A stretch of 64,000 nucleotides of DNA from NCBI GenBank assembly GCA_002633005.1, contig NMRA01000061.1, positions 1,055,400-1,119,399 of the forward strand, written 5' to 3'. Position 1 is the stretch's first letter; each line of letters opens with the position of its first letter. A program made the position numbers and the translations under genes. The notes beneath the pieces were generated by a model, which did no database searches, was not told the origin of the DNA, and saw only the letters and a program-made list of their open reading frames with translations. Source of the DNA: Phoronis australis (lineage: Eukaryota > Animalia > Phoronida). Below, one piece after another: positions 24,808 through 38,600 of this stretch.

Positions 24808-27800
24808 AAATTTTGTGTTGCAGCATAATAGCTAGTAAAGTATGGCAGGTTTTGCAGTGTCAGTTGCACTTTTCCAATTTGCGTACAGCATCCCCTGTTG
24901 GCATCTATTCAAAATCCAATCTTTGGTGTTCAAGGTTCAATTACCCATGTGTACCTAAGAGACATCTAATTGAATGAGTCATCACAGCAAACCCTTGGCT
25001 CACGATTGTTTAAACAACAAATAGAATGTAATCTTTTTCAGCTTGCTCACACTGAAATGAAAACATATCTTTTAAAAATATGCTGAATGATAGTTGGTGA
25101 GAATATCTGGTCTTTCAATGCGTTTATTGAAAATCCATACTCTTGTGGATATCAAATCCTTAACAATAGGAATATTAAAGACTTCAATGAACCAAGTATG
25201 GCGTCCAGGGCTTGCATGTACTGTTGAGGCAGGAAACAAGTACATCACTCTGCAAGGATTTTAAACATGCAAATGGAATGTCTTGTATCTTCTTTTCTTA
25301 GATGTACGCTAATGAGTTTCTGTAGTCTTTATTTATTTACTGTAGACAAGCTTCTTAGTTGGCCAGTAGGGAATACATACATTACTAGAATTGTGTTCAT
25401 GGCAACAGATGGTAGACTTATCCAGCGCCACCTGGTGGGTACCAGACAAACAAAAACAAACTTGTTATATCTAGAACAATTTTAATGGCAGAAAAATAAA
25501 AACCTTTTACAATACATTTCATTTCATAGACAGGCATATATTCGAGAACTCTGAGCTGCTATAGGCAAATTCTTTAATTAGCAGGGAAATAAAAATATAT
25601 TCTAATTGAGAATCTTGCCGGTGAGAACATTGGCTAAAATTCATTACCACTGAACATTCGTATTATTATCATTATTACATAACACACATTAAATTATAGT
25701 ATTAAAATAGAAAATTCACTAAATACATGCACGTCTCACTGCTACAGTAACCGTATGTCAAATTGAAAGTTAAGCAGTACATTAGAACTTGCAACACAAA
25801 TGCACTCTACATGCATAGATTTAGCACCAGGACTGGCGATCGGCACTTGAACTAAAAAGCAATTCCGAAGAAATCAACCTTTCCATCCACAATCAGACCG
25901 ATGCGTCACAATTGCGACTATTTAGGAGTTTATTATCAAACCGTATCATTGCACACGTAATGGAGACCTCGAGACTACAGTGTCCTGTCAGAAAAAATGG
26001 CCGTTGCAGACTAGTCTAATGGACACTACCACAGCTCAGTGAATTACACACAGTCAATTCACTAACAGCAGCATTCTAAAGCTACTTACACGCACGCACA
26101 CAAATACACAGCTTTTTTTCTGAGAATGGGACCAAAATCGTTAACGCAAATTCCCCCCTTTTCTAATTCTACTCATTTTGAACAAGCACATCTTTAAATT
26201 GACATGGCATGTTATATACCAAGTAGTACAGTCAACTGAGATCACAATATTCCAGTAAAACCACAAGCGAGGGCCCCAACTTGTGCATCAAATTTGATCA
26301 GGTTCAGAGAACGGTCCAGTCACACACATCAACTTTGTACACCATGAACAGGTTAAAAGAATGGACTTCTCATCCACATCAGTTTTAGAGTGACCACCAA
26401 CGGGTTCAACAACCAAATCTTTACACTTATCCAAGTCCCAAGTCGGACCATAGCCCTCCAATATATTCCAAGGGGTTAGGTACAAACATGACTGCTGTAA
26501 TACTTAAACATTCGTTGTGTGTTTCTTCGTCATCTGAAGATATACTGGTGAAAATGCAACGCACTAAAGGTGCTACATTTCAAAAATGAAAATTTCGACA
26601 CATGAACCTGACATTAATTGTTTAAAATTCTCCAGTTTGGGACAGTCTCTAAAAGTTAGGACACTGAAATTAAAACCAAAGTTGAATTTTCTCGATTCTG
26701 AAGAATGGGATGTGAAGAATTTTGGAATTAATCGTATTTCTCAAATATGAGACGCTGCATTTCGTATCGACGAAATCTGCAAATAGACATGGCAGTTCAT
26801 AAAACCACTTGAAATAACTGCTTAAGTAATGTTTTCCTACTTCTCCATAGTGTGGAATATTGAAATGAATGATCGCATGTTGTTGATTGTAATTATCGAG
26901 TTTGTAGCAGCCAATATTGCCAATTTCCGGACTAGGTATAAGCTCCCACCTTGAGCAAAACTTTTCACCGTCCTAAACTGGAGTTGGCTCCTTTATCATA
27001 TTCACTGAACGTAAGTAGCTATAATATTTACTAATATCCTGACTAACTCAAAAGAGGCAGATTCCTTGTGTATCAAACATACAATTCACTTACAGTACAA
27101 CCTAACGCTAACGTTCTCCAAATACAATAACGCGACCTAATTTCGCCATACTAGTCACCAAATTCTATCTGCTATTCGCACGTGATAACAGACCCTCGTT
27201 TAAAATACGGACAACACCTTCCTACTAACCTACAACACAAACCGGCAACTTTGAGTCGCCAGCACTTTAAAATATATCTAAAAACAGGATACAAAATAAA
27301 GACTTCATAAATAACTTTTGTTTCATGAACAAGACTGGTGCAGACATTCGTCAGCGGAAGACTAGCATTCCAGGAAGTCTCGGTGAAGACTGAAGTCCCA
27401 AGCAACAGTACTTGAAACAACTTCTTGAACACCTCAGCTTGTACAGCAATTCAGTTTTAATGCTTAATAGCCTGCACGGACATTATGCTGCCAAGGGGAC
27501 CGTGTCCAAAATCTCAACATCTGCAACAACGTGCAACAACTCCCGCTCGACTATAAATAATAATAATAATAATGATGATGATGATCCACTCATTAGGGAA
27601 GCCATAACGCTTTTTTGATCACGGCTGAGCAGAGGGTCTGCCTTTGCCTAGTTGTAGTATAATATTATAGAATAAAATAAATTTCCACTTTGATATGAGC
27701 TATAAAATATTTTGTTGGATAAAATATAAAATTAAAACCAAAAATCTCACAAACACAGATACAAACCCAAACTCAACAAACATTAAATTATCATATTATC

Positions 27801-28310
27801 AATTTATAATTAATAGTATTATTAGTTACTAGTTTGACAAGAATTGCATTGGAAACAATGGGGCAAATCAAGCCATATTTTGTACAAACGATTCAATCAG
27901 TTGCAAATAAGTCACAAAATTAAATTATTCTTATCATATTCAGAACTCTTATTTCTTACCAAATATAGTGAAAGAATAAAATATTTTATCTTAAGCATTA
28001 TGTAAATTGAGTAGTAACACATACTGCAGCCCAATGTGACCCAAGCAGAGGGGACTGTATCGAAACCTCACAACTAGACACAGGCAGTAGAGAGGGGTTA
28101 AATCAAAGCCTCGCAAGCGGACGGAGGCAATCTATAGGGACAAACTCACAACTTTACGGAGACAGATGCGGTGATTTTCCTCCAGTCTAAAATCCGCTCA
28201 CAAGAAGTGCCTCTACTAAGGGTCACAGGAGGTCGCCTGCATATCATAGGTAGATTATAATCTCATAGAATAATAGAAGCAACCCTGTGGGGAGTCACCG
28301 ACTTGCTTCC

Positions 28311-29602
28311 CTAGGTGAAGATGCGGATGGCTTGTGAGCACTGCTGGCTACAGACAGGACAACGGCGGTCTGCGTCTTCCGTCTTCTGACAGATGAGATT
28401 AGCGCACTCCATACAGAACAGGTTGTGGCCACACGGCACCAGGGCGGCGTTGATGTGGTTATCAGAGCAGACGAGGCAGCCACGACGCCTGGCGCCCTCC
28501 GCAGTGGGACTTGCCGATGAGCTGCTTGACAGGCTGCTGCTGGCAGTAGATGCCACGGTGGTGGTGAACGCGCCCGACTGGAACGGGGTGAATGCTGAGA
28601 AACCAGCGACGGTGTTCAATGGGTCGCTCTGGATTCGGCGTACGGCCTGGTGATCGCTGAGTGTACAGGTGGCGTCGATGCCGGAGAGCGTGGGGGAAAG
28701 GCGAGGCGTGTGGGTGCCGTTCAGACTCCCGCGTCGCTGAGCAGCACCAGCAGTGGTGCATGCTGGGTAGAGCGGCACTGCCTCACCGAACTCAGGCCAA
28801 ATAGATGCAACAGACTGAGTAGGGTCAAAGCTAGGTGAACCGCCGATGCCTTCATCGTCGTAGATACCGAGGGCCGTCAGCCCATTGGTGAGACCAGTGT
28901 AGTCAGGGGTGGACGAGATAGGAGGCGGCGGGTAGCTGAACACCTTGGCGTCGTTAGCATGGAAGAAGCTGCCAGGCATATGAGGACCATCACTGTAGGT
29001 GGTGAAAGCAGACCGCGGAGACTTAAACGCGGCAAGATCAGAGATCTCATGGAAGCCCGAATCGACGCCATTGTTGTGAAAGTCGTCATCAGCGCAGTCG
29101 CCATTGTGGACACTGTTGCCGTCGACACTACCCGCGCTGCCGGTGCGCGTGGCAATGTGACTCTCAATCTCTGCTCTAGCGCTTTCCACGTTCTCCCCCA
29201 GCCCGGTAACCTCGAACACCGGTTCCTTATCCCGGCTCGGAGTAACGATGTAAGTGTGCGTGTTCTGTTGGATTCTCTTGATGGTAGCGCCCTTGGGTCC
29301 CACCACCAGCCCCACCACGCGGTAGGGCACACGCACCTGGATAGTCACCTGACCAGGCGCGTTGGGGCTCGGCGGCAGGCTGCCATTGACCCCGGCCACG
29401 CCCCCGACGCCAGCAAGGTTGGCCATGTTGTTGCGTCGAGTTGCCCGTATCTGACTGAAGTGCTCCGCCGCCGACAGGATCTCCCTCTTGGCAGACTGGA
29501 CGTCCTCTCGTCGTCCTGTCACAACAAACACTGGCTCCTCCCCACGCACTGGCGTCTTGATGTACGTGTTGGTTTTGGCACGTAAAGCTTTAATTTTACA
29601 AC
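28311..29602 (-). CDS. MEX3: MEX3 RNA-binding E3 ubiquitin ligase, coding exon 2 (rest of KH1, KH2, low-complexity linker, C-terminal RING)
   Basis: cccgcag acceptor; CKIKALRAKTNTYIKTPVRGEEPVFVVTG, VVGLVVGPKGATIKRIQQ and C..C...AALVPCGHNLFCMECA...CPVC; TAG at 28313-28311; ORF 28311..29615. Confidence 0.98.
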
Positions 29603-32600
29603 CTGCGGGAAACAATGATACAATTAAGCATTTGGTTCATTTTGAACAAAAGTCAAGCCAATACATATAACCGAACAGTACAGCTTCCTAATGCACAAGT
29701 TAGTGCTGTTTCCTTCAATTTGTTATTAAAGAGGATGTAAACCAATTTTCTGTCGAGGGAAGTTAACTTTTTCACTGACACTGCTTCCCGAGATAAAACT
29801 GATTTCAACTCGTTCATAATTCAGGTGAGAAGAGGTTTCTGAGATTGGAAAAAAACACGACAATTTGTCAGAGCTTGAGACCATGACCACTGGAGACAAT
29901 GACCTGCAGTGACAAGTCACCAACTTGCAGAGCTTGGACTCCAGCACTAATGAACAGATAGTTTATTTCAAACCTAGTAATCACATCTAAGCTCAATTTG
30001 AGACCAATTTTATAATGGCAAGCGGTCTAAATTAATAGCTAGTCTTCGTGACAGAAAATGCAGGTATACAGCTGCTTTAAAGCAAATTTTCAAACAATTC
30101 AGTAAAAAGATCTATAACCATTATACACTGGCAGATGTATGGTGCCACCCGCCACAATTTTCAAATGAAAAATATCTACGCATTACACACAGGATCTGAA
30201 TGTAATCGGTCAGCTCCAGGATATAACGATCCGAAGTTAACGATATTTGTTCTTTTTCTAAGGTCCTAAACAACCTTAACCAATCTACCGCACAGGTCAG
30301 GAATTTTTGTCCACCGGTCAGAAAAATAACCGGCTGGTCAGGTAATTTTCAGCAGACCCCACACACAGTTGGCTGCAGAGCCGACTTCAATACTGGCTCT
30401 TGAACATTCCCTCCAACACTTATTGTCATGCCATATCCAACGTGCTTTGATTTTCATCAATTTGCCTTTAATAATGAAATGTTGTCTTGTTGCGTGCAAA
30501 CGAATTTTAATACTCGCCTTATCACGTGGTGATGATTTGCATTTTGTCCCGATTTCTGACCCAAGTGACGACTAAAGTGGCGGCCGACCTAACAATGTTG
30601 CTTGTCTGATCGGAATCGGCTACACAACCGATCCGTGGCCAGTCACCCACTAGTTGCCAACCAGTCGGACAGAAATTCGTGACCTGTGTTGTACCAATCA
30701 CATGCGAGTTTGTCTTTGAAAATAATGCCTTAACAATGGTCAGTATGAATTTGTGTAAGTTCTCAACTGGATCATTGACAAGCCGCACAGATGTGTTGAG
30801 ACTACTTTATGACAAAATTGAACTCTGCAAGAAAAATAAACTTGGCAAAAATTTCATGCTCTCTGCACAGTTAGTAGGAGAGCATACGCTGACCACGAAT
30901 ATGAGCAACTGAAGAATACCAAATTGACCTGATGCCAACCTATGATTACAATAATCTGGAGTGTCATCAGACATTTTCTCTTCAAAGCCAAACAAGACTA
31001 GCCACATGACATTTTTCAGTTCTTCTGACTATCAAAAGGCTTACGATGAAGTGGACACAGGAGACCTAGGGATGCCAAAATTGATTAGGATTTCAGTAAC
31101 AGTTGCAGGAAATAACACATGCAGCGCACAACTCCAATCTATAAGGCTACAGCTTCGACTGGATTGTACGTATCACGGACAATATCAAATGCAGTTGCAA
31201 ACAACCAAACCAACATGTCAATGCGACATATCACCGTCTAGCAGGAAGTGGAAGCCACAAAAGGGAAGAATTTCCCATAAACCACTTCACCCGACTGACC
31301 ACGCTCACCAGTTCAACACATTCATTTGTCGTTGACAATTTATCAATCAATTGCATTAACAAAACATTAACATAATTCGCTTAATTCGGAATCATTGCTA
31401 GAAAATTGTCCCTATTAATCCATTTCTCGACCAGAGTGGAGTCTTCAGTAGACAGTGAGGCTGAGCTAATCATTAGAATCTTGGTCTAGCTGTCCGTCTG
31501 TCTGTTACAGTGCAATTGATGGGAGCATTAGCTCTGTGCAAAGTACATGGCAGCACTGTGAATTGGGTCACGGAAACTGGACTAGAAAATGTTATCGCCA
31601 CAAAAGCGTGCAAACTTTCAATAACTTTAGGAGGATTCGATATTCACTAAAGGGAGACTAATGAACAATGGGGCCCTATTTTTTGTTCAAATGGGATTTG
31701 CAAGACAGAAGTTGTGCAGCAACTTGGGGAAGGTGTCTGGGACACCAAATATACAGGTACAACCATTGCTCTACTAGTGCCAAATCGACATGTAACTCAT
31801 CCGTAAAAATCGAGCCAAAATCAGGTGCTCTCGTTGAAAATACACGGCGACATCTCGTGAGATCTTGCTTTTCTAGCGAGGTATCAGTATTAATAAATTC
31901 TACCTGATGCAAACAATAGCATGTGTACTTTACACCATGAAATCGATCGATATGCGTGGACCCCTCACAATATTTAGCAACATTACTCTTGATCTGGTTA
32001 TTCCAGTCAAATAATTAATAGACGTGTGAACTTTTGATTGGAACCGTGTGACTGTCTGTGCTAGCTGAGACAGTCAAATGGAAACAATCTGCATATGACC
32101 TGGGGTCAAGGGGATGCAGGCGGATGTTAAAAGAGGATTGTCTATGGTGAGTTTTTGAGTGACGGTAATCAACTATAATTTAGTGCTGCAAGTCCTTGTG
32201 AAGGCCACGTGAATAGAACAAAGGGCGAGTCCTGTATACGGTAAAAATTCCTTGGTTTGGGAAACAATATTGCGGACAGGTGAAATTTTACGTTAGCAAA
32301 TTTTCTCAACAAAAATAACTTTTCATGAAAGTTTATTTTGCTTTTAGCGTGGTTTGTATAGTGCAGCTATATTGAAACATATATATTCGGTAAAATTTTG
32401 AGCATTTGTAAGAATGTGGTAAGATACTGAAAAATATGGTAAGGTACTGAGAAATATCGCCATTTTAGCTATTATTGTTGTCTCAAATTGAAGAATTTTT
32501 ACCGCAATCCGGGTATGTATCGTAACAGCTTCCAAACAAAACCTTCCAAATTTCTTTGAAAAGCCAGCATCCACAGGTACTACTGGTTGGAGACAAGTGC

Positions 32601-35600
32601 CACCCTACACTGGTGAGCCCACGCTGAACCAGTATAGAGTGAGGCAAAGTACATCTATTAGGTATGGCACATTGGTCAATAAACATGCTTGTAAATAACA
32701 GCCTTTAATAAAGACCTGTTTACAATACAAATTTCCAAGAAACAAGATTAGTCCTAAACCAGTTACAAACCAACGTTCCGACAGAGACCAACGTTTGATT
32801 TGGAATTGGACCACTTACCAAGTAAAAAAATTGATCTTGACATGTCTCCAATTAGAGAGGTGTCTTCTTGGCTTGGAAAAAATGACAGTTCATCACTGGC
32901 ATATAAAATAATCAGTAAAGAAAAGCAAAATTGTACAGCCTAGTCTCAAGTATGGTAAACTTTCTTCGAATTCGAACAAAAGTAATGGCCAAAATTTGTC
33001 ATTTTTTTCGTTTTTCAACTGCTCCCTGTATTAGCAAAAATGTTCAAAATTTCATTGCGTGTTCGCCAATGACAACCATTAATTTTTCAAATAATTAAGT
33101 AAAATTATCTTCTAGCTTACTGTTTTGAAAATTTTAATAAAATAAAATTTCAGTTTTGTCATATTGTGTTGTACTTTGAAGACACTTCACCCTAATAACG
33201 AACTATCAGTCCCTTGCAAGCTCAGAAATCACCTCTAATTTCCCAAAGGACCAATTTGAGACCAATTCCAGAACGGTAAGTGGTTTAAATCAAAAGTTAG
33301 TTGTTGCAATAGAGGGCAGGTTCATGTCCGCTTAAGTTAATTTCCCTGCTAGAAAAGCAATAATTAACAAAAAATATCATGATTGTAGAAATCTGATAAC
33401 TAAATAAATGCACGTTTTCAGATCGATTCCAAAAGCAGCTGTACTGCATTGCTCGGCGTAAAATGTTGAATAATCTGCGAGACTCATGATTTCCACACCA
33501 GCACCATCTGTTAATGCGCAAATAGCCAGGATGACATAAGAAATTATCACTATTCAATGCAAATTTGCAGAGTTAGGTCAACCTTAAGCACTGTGACTCA
33601 TTGGTCTGACTCAAACGCAGAGTTTCTGTTTTCAAGGGAGCAAGACTGAACAGTCAGGATTCTCACATTGATTTGTGAGCAATAGAAACTTGAGTCATTC
33701 ACTAACCGAAGGATACTAAGTACTTCATAATGCAAATATCTCATTTGCAGCAGTAAATGTGTATCTTAGTTTCAAAAGTGTACAAGGCATAAGTGGAGAT
33801 ACATGGGGAATTAAAGTCCGGTAAAAATAAACATGTTTACCGTACCCTTCCGCGCCTAAAACACACGCAGCGTCAATTTTTGTTGTTTTTGTTGTTTGAT
33901 TTCTTATCTAAAAAATTTGTCTTTGTGAGCGTCAGTAAAAACTAATTGCAGAACACGAAGTGGAGAATGCAGTTGCACTCGCATTGAGCAGGGATATTCA
34001 TTTATAACCGGATCGTGCTGTGACAGGGGGCGCACTCTCAAGGCCTACATATGGGAACAGCGAATCATATCGTCTGCACTGCCACGTGTCTACGGCTCAT
34101 TGACAGACACAAGCAAAGAACATGACACCTCCTTACATCAAATGACGCTTCAAGAATGCATTTGCTTACAATGTGGCTAATGTTCAAGTACATGATATGA
34201 TATGATATTAAGACTATAACAATGTTTCAGAGGACACTGGCCCGTGTGGCCATGAGCGTTTATAACATCATCTCTGACGCACCAATTTGCGAACGAGCCC
34301 TGGACGATACACATGTTTTTTTACTCAGCCCAATAGCTAGAGTTTTTGCTTCTGTGCAACAAATTTTGCCTAATTATCGTTTCATTAGTGTTGTATAATT
34401 TGAGTCTATGCAGAAATATCTACATCTTCCATGCAGATTTCTCATTCCTTGCGCTGAAAAATTAAGGCCGTGATTTGAGAAACAATGTTAAAAGTGAACC
34501 AATCAAATCTGACAATTTTCAACACACCTATTGACCTAGATTTAAAATGTAAGAGGGCAGTCGTCGTTATCATTTTTGGAACGGCAAATTCTTGTGAAGG
34601 TCATGTGAATAGAACACAGGGTGATTATTTTGTAATCCAGGAATGTTTCGTAATAACTCTGAAGATGGAACAGTCCGAATTTTCATAAAAGCCCATGCTT
34701 GACAAAACTGAATGCATAGTTTGGGACAGGGTGCAACAGTTGCACAATGCAATATTAGGCAAAAAACACAGTTGGTTCTGGGGTCAGTTTCATGAATAGG
34801 GACTAAGACCTTAGTGAAAAATCTGGTCTTACTTTCCAAAACTATTTATGAAAAATAATTAAATCTCACTTTAGGAAAAGTACAAACTTCTTTAGCGCGT
34901 ACACATAACTACTAGTTCCTGGGTAATTTCCAAAAATTTATTTCTAAAGTGTGACACACTCAGGGCAATACTTTTTCTCGGAAATAGTAAAGAGAAGTTT
35001 TGCCTAAGAGTGCAAGAAATTCAGAACAATCCTCGCAGCTTGCCACCTAAGACAAGACAATCAGCAACAAGTTACTCACTAACTGTCATTCATTAGTGTC
35101 CCCACTTGAAGCAACCACATATCATGTTTGTAAATCTTATGAGACACTATCTATTTTTAGTAATTTCCCCGAGCAAAACACCAATAAAGGTAAATTCATA
35201 GCAACACAAGTCGCGACTTAATTTTTAATACACCTGGTATACGTTAAAATTGTGAAGACACAGAAGACTACAGTTTTCTAAATTGTATGTTTTTATTTTA
35301 CGCAACTTAACTTTTCTGCAAAACTTAAGTTCCATTTTCGTAGCCCAGTTCATGCAAAAAAGAACATTTTAAAAACAATTCTAACTGCTTGCTGAACAAC
35401 AGAGCATGCAAGCTGAAAGCTTTGTTTGAATTTGACCTGTTATTTTCAAGATATTATGATGAGTCAAATTTGGATACTTTACGCAAACTGGAACTGTTTT
35501 AATTTGAAAAACAATCTCTGAAAATAGATGTGAAGAACACATTTAGGTATGGTGTCTACAACTACACTGTAATTATAGTCACAGTGGGCCCAGACCAGAT

Positions 35601-38600
35601 GGGAAGCAAAATCATTGACTGTTTATCAACAGTTACATAACAGACAGACAAACATAGAGAGACAGACACACATACAGACAGTGAGAGAGACAGACCCATG
35701 CAAGACCATGAGAGAAAGACAAACGGAAAGTGATACCAGTTTGGAAGCCATACGTAATGTTTTTTACCCACAAAGAATCGCAACTAACCAACACTTTTCT
35801 TCATAAATAAAAGTTTTTTTTTCAGTTCTGAAAAGCCATAAGGTTTACTCATCTGGATGCAAATAAACTCCAACTGCTGAAACCCAATACTCGAGGAAAC
35901 CACCATCTTGGGCATAGTTGTTGACATTTCTCGCCTTACTTCCAGTAATAGTTTTTAACCCATGAGGGTAAGGAGGTCTGACCTATTGTCAACACCACTA
36001 AATGTTTCCAATTGAGTGTTGAAGAGAAACTGACAAATGACTAACAATCAGCTAGCATACAGTGCAAACACATCAATCTGGTGTTTTGAAGTCCCAATAT
36101 GGAGAGGTAATGAATTGATGCCACGATACCATGATGATGGAATTGCGCACTACAAGGCCCATTCATGCAAGGGCTTTTTGCGAAAAATTCAGCGCAATAT
36201 TTCACAGAATCAGAAATGCAGGAAAAAAGTAATCGCGCCCAAGCAAAGTGCTGCAATCTACATTTCATCAAATTTTGCGGGATCTGTTGCAGAAAGTACT
36301 TCAGATGCTGTGACAGTTATTTTGATAAGTCTGATAATTTATTACTCGCCACGAACCAGTAAACTGACGAGACGCACACAGTCCTGTGCATTTCACAAGC
36401 ATTCCAGCTAAATTTCTGGCTCTGCCATTGATTTCTTTTGATTTTGTAAAAGACGTGGTCTGACAAGACGCACTTCCAAACCTGGACAACAGGCAGGCAC
36501 ATCATTCGTGAGCACATTAACATAACTGATGATCGCTGACGACACTAAGATCTGAGACGAACACGTTCCATCTCATGACCATTGCTCTCTTCTAACGCCC
36601 AACTTCAACTGACCAATCACAAAACGGAAGCACCATATGCAAATTACGATACACTGATCCTTAGGCTAGGTGATAAAGGTTGGATCTTGTGCTCAAAACT
36701 GTTTCTTATTTGCCAGATTTTTTCTGCATCAATGTTTACTAACCTAGTGCTTCAAAATGACCCTAACCAGGTGATTTTGTAATGGGAAATGAATGTTAAA
36801 AATCCATAATTTAGAACCAGCGCGTAGGAATTTTAAGCCCTAAATCCATGTAGAATTCGTGTAAATCCACAGCGATAGGCAGCTCTGCCGTTAGTGCCAA
36901 AAACACGAGGACTGAAAGAAAATTAAAACGCATTCTCTTAGTATCAAGATGTAAAACACTCGCTGATTAACAGTATAAAAAATGAATATTGGAAACAGAA
37001 GAAATACGAAAGTAGGTCAACTCAGTGTAGAGGGCATCCAAGTAGATGCCTCAACATGCCACTGCATTATGCAGTTGAGAGACTGCAGGTCCAGTCTTCT
37101 CAGCAGAACAGAAGAGATACTCATACCCAGTCTTGACCCCTGGTTTAAGTGTGAGAATTTCCTGAACATATGTATTTAACGAAATCCAACATGCACACAA
37201 GCACACCCAGGGTAATAGGTGTTGTGAGACAACAACCATGGAGAAATCATAGCTCTGCAGAATTGTGCATAAACATCTTGAGGAAAATCCAGTGCTGTTA
37301 TTGACTGGTGTGAGAATTCCCTGGTGCAGAAAGATAACAAAGAATTTAAACCATGGTCACACATTTAGCTGACCTCTTTGAGAAGGGCTAAGGCTATATT
37401 AAGTGTACAGTTCTCATCATCAACAAGCTATCATTCCTTGCTACAAATGAATAGCTTGAATACATCAGGCTGGATGAATAATACTTGAACAAAATTGACT
37501 TTCAGAAGGCGGACATCCAAAAGCTAACGAGTGATAAAAACAGAGCCAAAAAAAAAAAACAGACTGGAAAATGCAATTCTCCAGAGAATAAGTGCTTTTA
37601 AGGGAGTTTGTGTCACAGGATTGTTTTCAGATTTGAACACTATAAGGATTATACTGTAGAGCACCAATTCAATCGAAATAATAAAATTCACCAAAACTGA
37701 ATCTGGTCGTTTTAAACCGGCAAGATCTCGCCGCAAAATGAATGGCTAAACTGTTTTAGCTAACATCGGCTGTGACATTGATCAAATCTGAACTCCTGTA
37801 TTTAATGGCAGATTACCATAAATTCCACATTGCTTGCATAAATTAGACAACAAGTAATTAACATGTTTGCCATATTCCTAATCAACTGTGGTGTTCTCCT
37901 GAGCTGAACTCTCCTCTTGGGGTAAACAGTTGACACAAGCCACAACCTCAACCCATTAGATTTGACTGGGGTCAAAGTTAACCAGATGACCCATTACCCC
38001 ACTGTACACCTATTGACCCAAAAATCAATAACAGACATTCATTCATTCATAAGGCCCAATGTAGCCCAAGCTGTTACTGAAGTCATACCACTGAACTGAT
38101 CATTACCTTCTCAGACAGAAGTGAAAACATTTTCGTAATTTCCAAACAAAACAAATCCCTTGCCATCACATGCTAATTTTTGGAGTTGGGGTTGTCATCC
38201 TTAAAGCCCACTTATGTAACCAAAAACAACAGCACATTGCAACATCAAGCCTGAAAATTCTACTTTATTTCGACTTGTCAGCATTTTTAAAGAAATATGT
38301 GAAATCTTATTTTTTGAAGATCTCAATGTCCGTACAATATTGCGTTGACGTAATTCAATCATTACTACAGATGAACACAGGGCTAGATTACGGTGAGTCA
38401 TAGCAGTGAATCACCTGACACAAAATATCAACGACTCATCTGGAACACCAACTAATGATCAAACACACCAGATAACCAACACCAGAACACTCAAACCTAG
38501 CTCAAACTAAGTAATTATCCAAACATTCCTAGGCTTGGTTATATAACTGTTAAATGAACCATCTGGCTAATGAACATTTCTGCATCACCCAATGTACCAG

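Noticed and set aside
25800-28300. Seed matches to miR-29, miR-92, miR-10, miR-184, miR-33 and miR-153 in the presumptive MEX3 3' UTR
   Set aside because: About this many 7-mer matches are expected by chance in 2.5 kb across dozens of miRNA families, and the UTR end is unknown.
28393-29585. Long antisense and alternate-frame ORFs over MEX3 exon 2 (for example 28959..29585 +, 208 aa)
   Set aside because: Shadow ORFs expected from GC-rich codon usage in the real exon; no recognisable domain.
34655-34690. CTGAAGA-TGGA-ACAG-TCC-GAAT hammerhead-like core (similar partial match near 62705)
   Set aside because: GAAA is broken and stem I cannot form.
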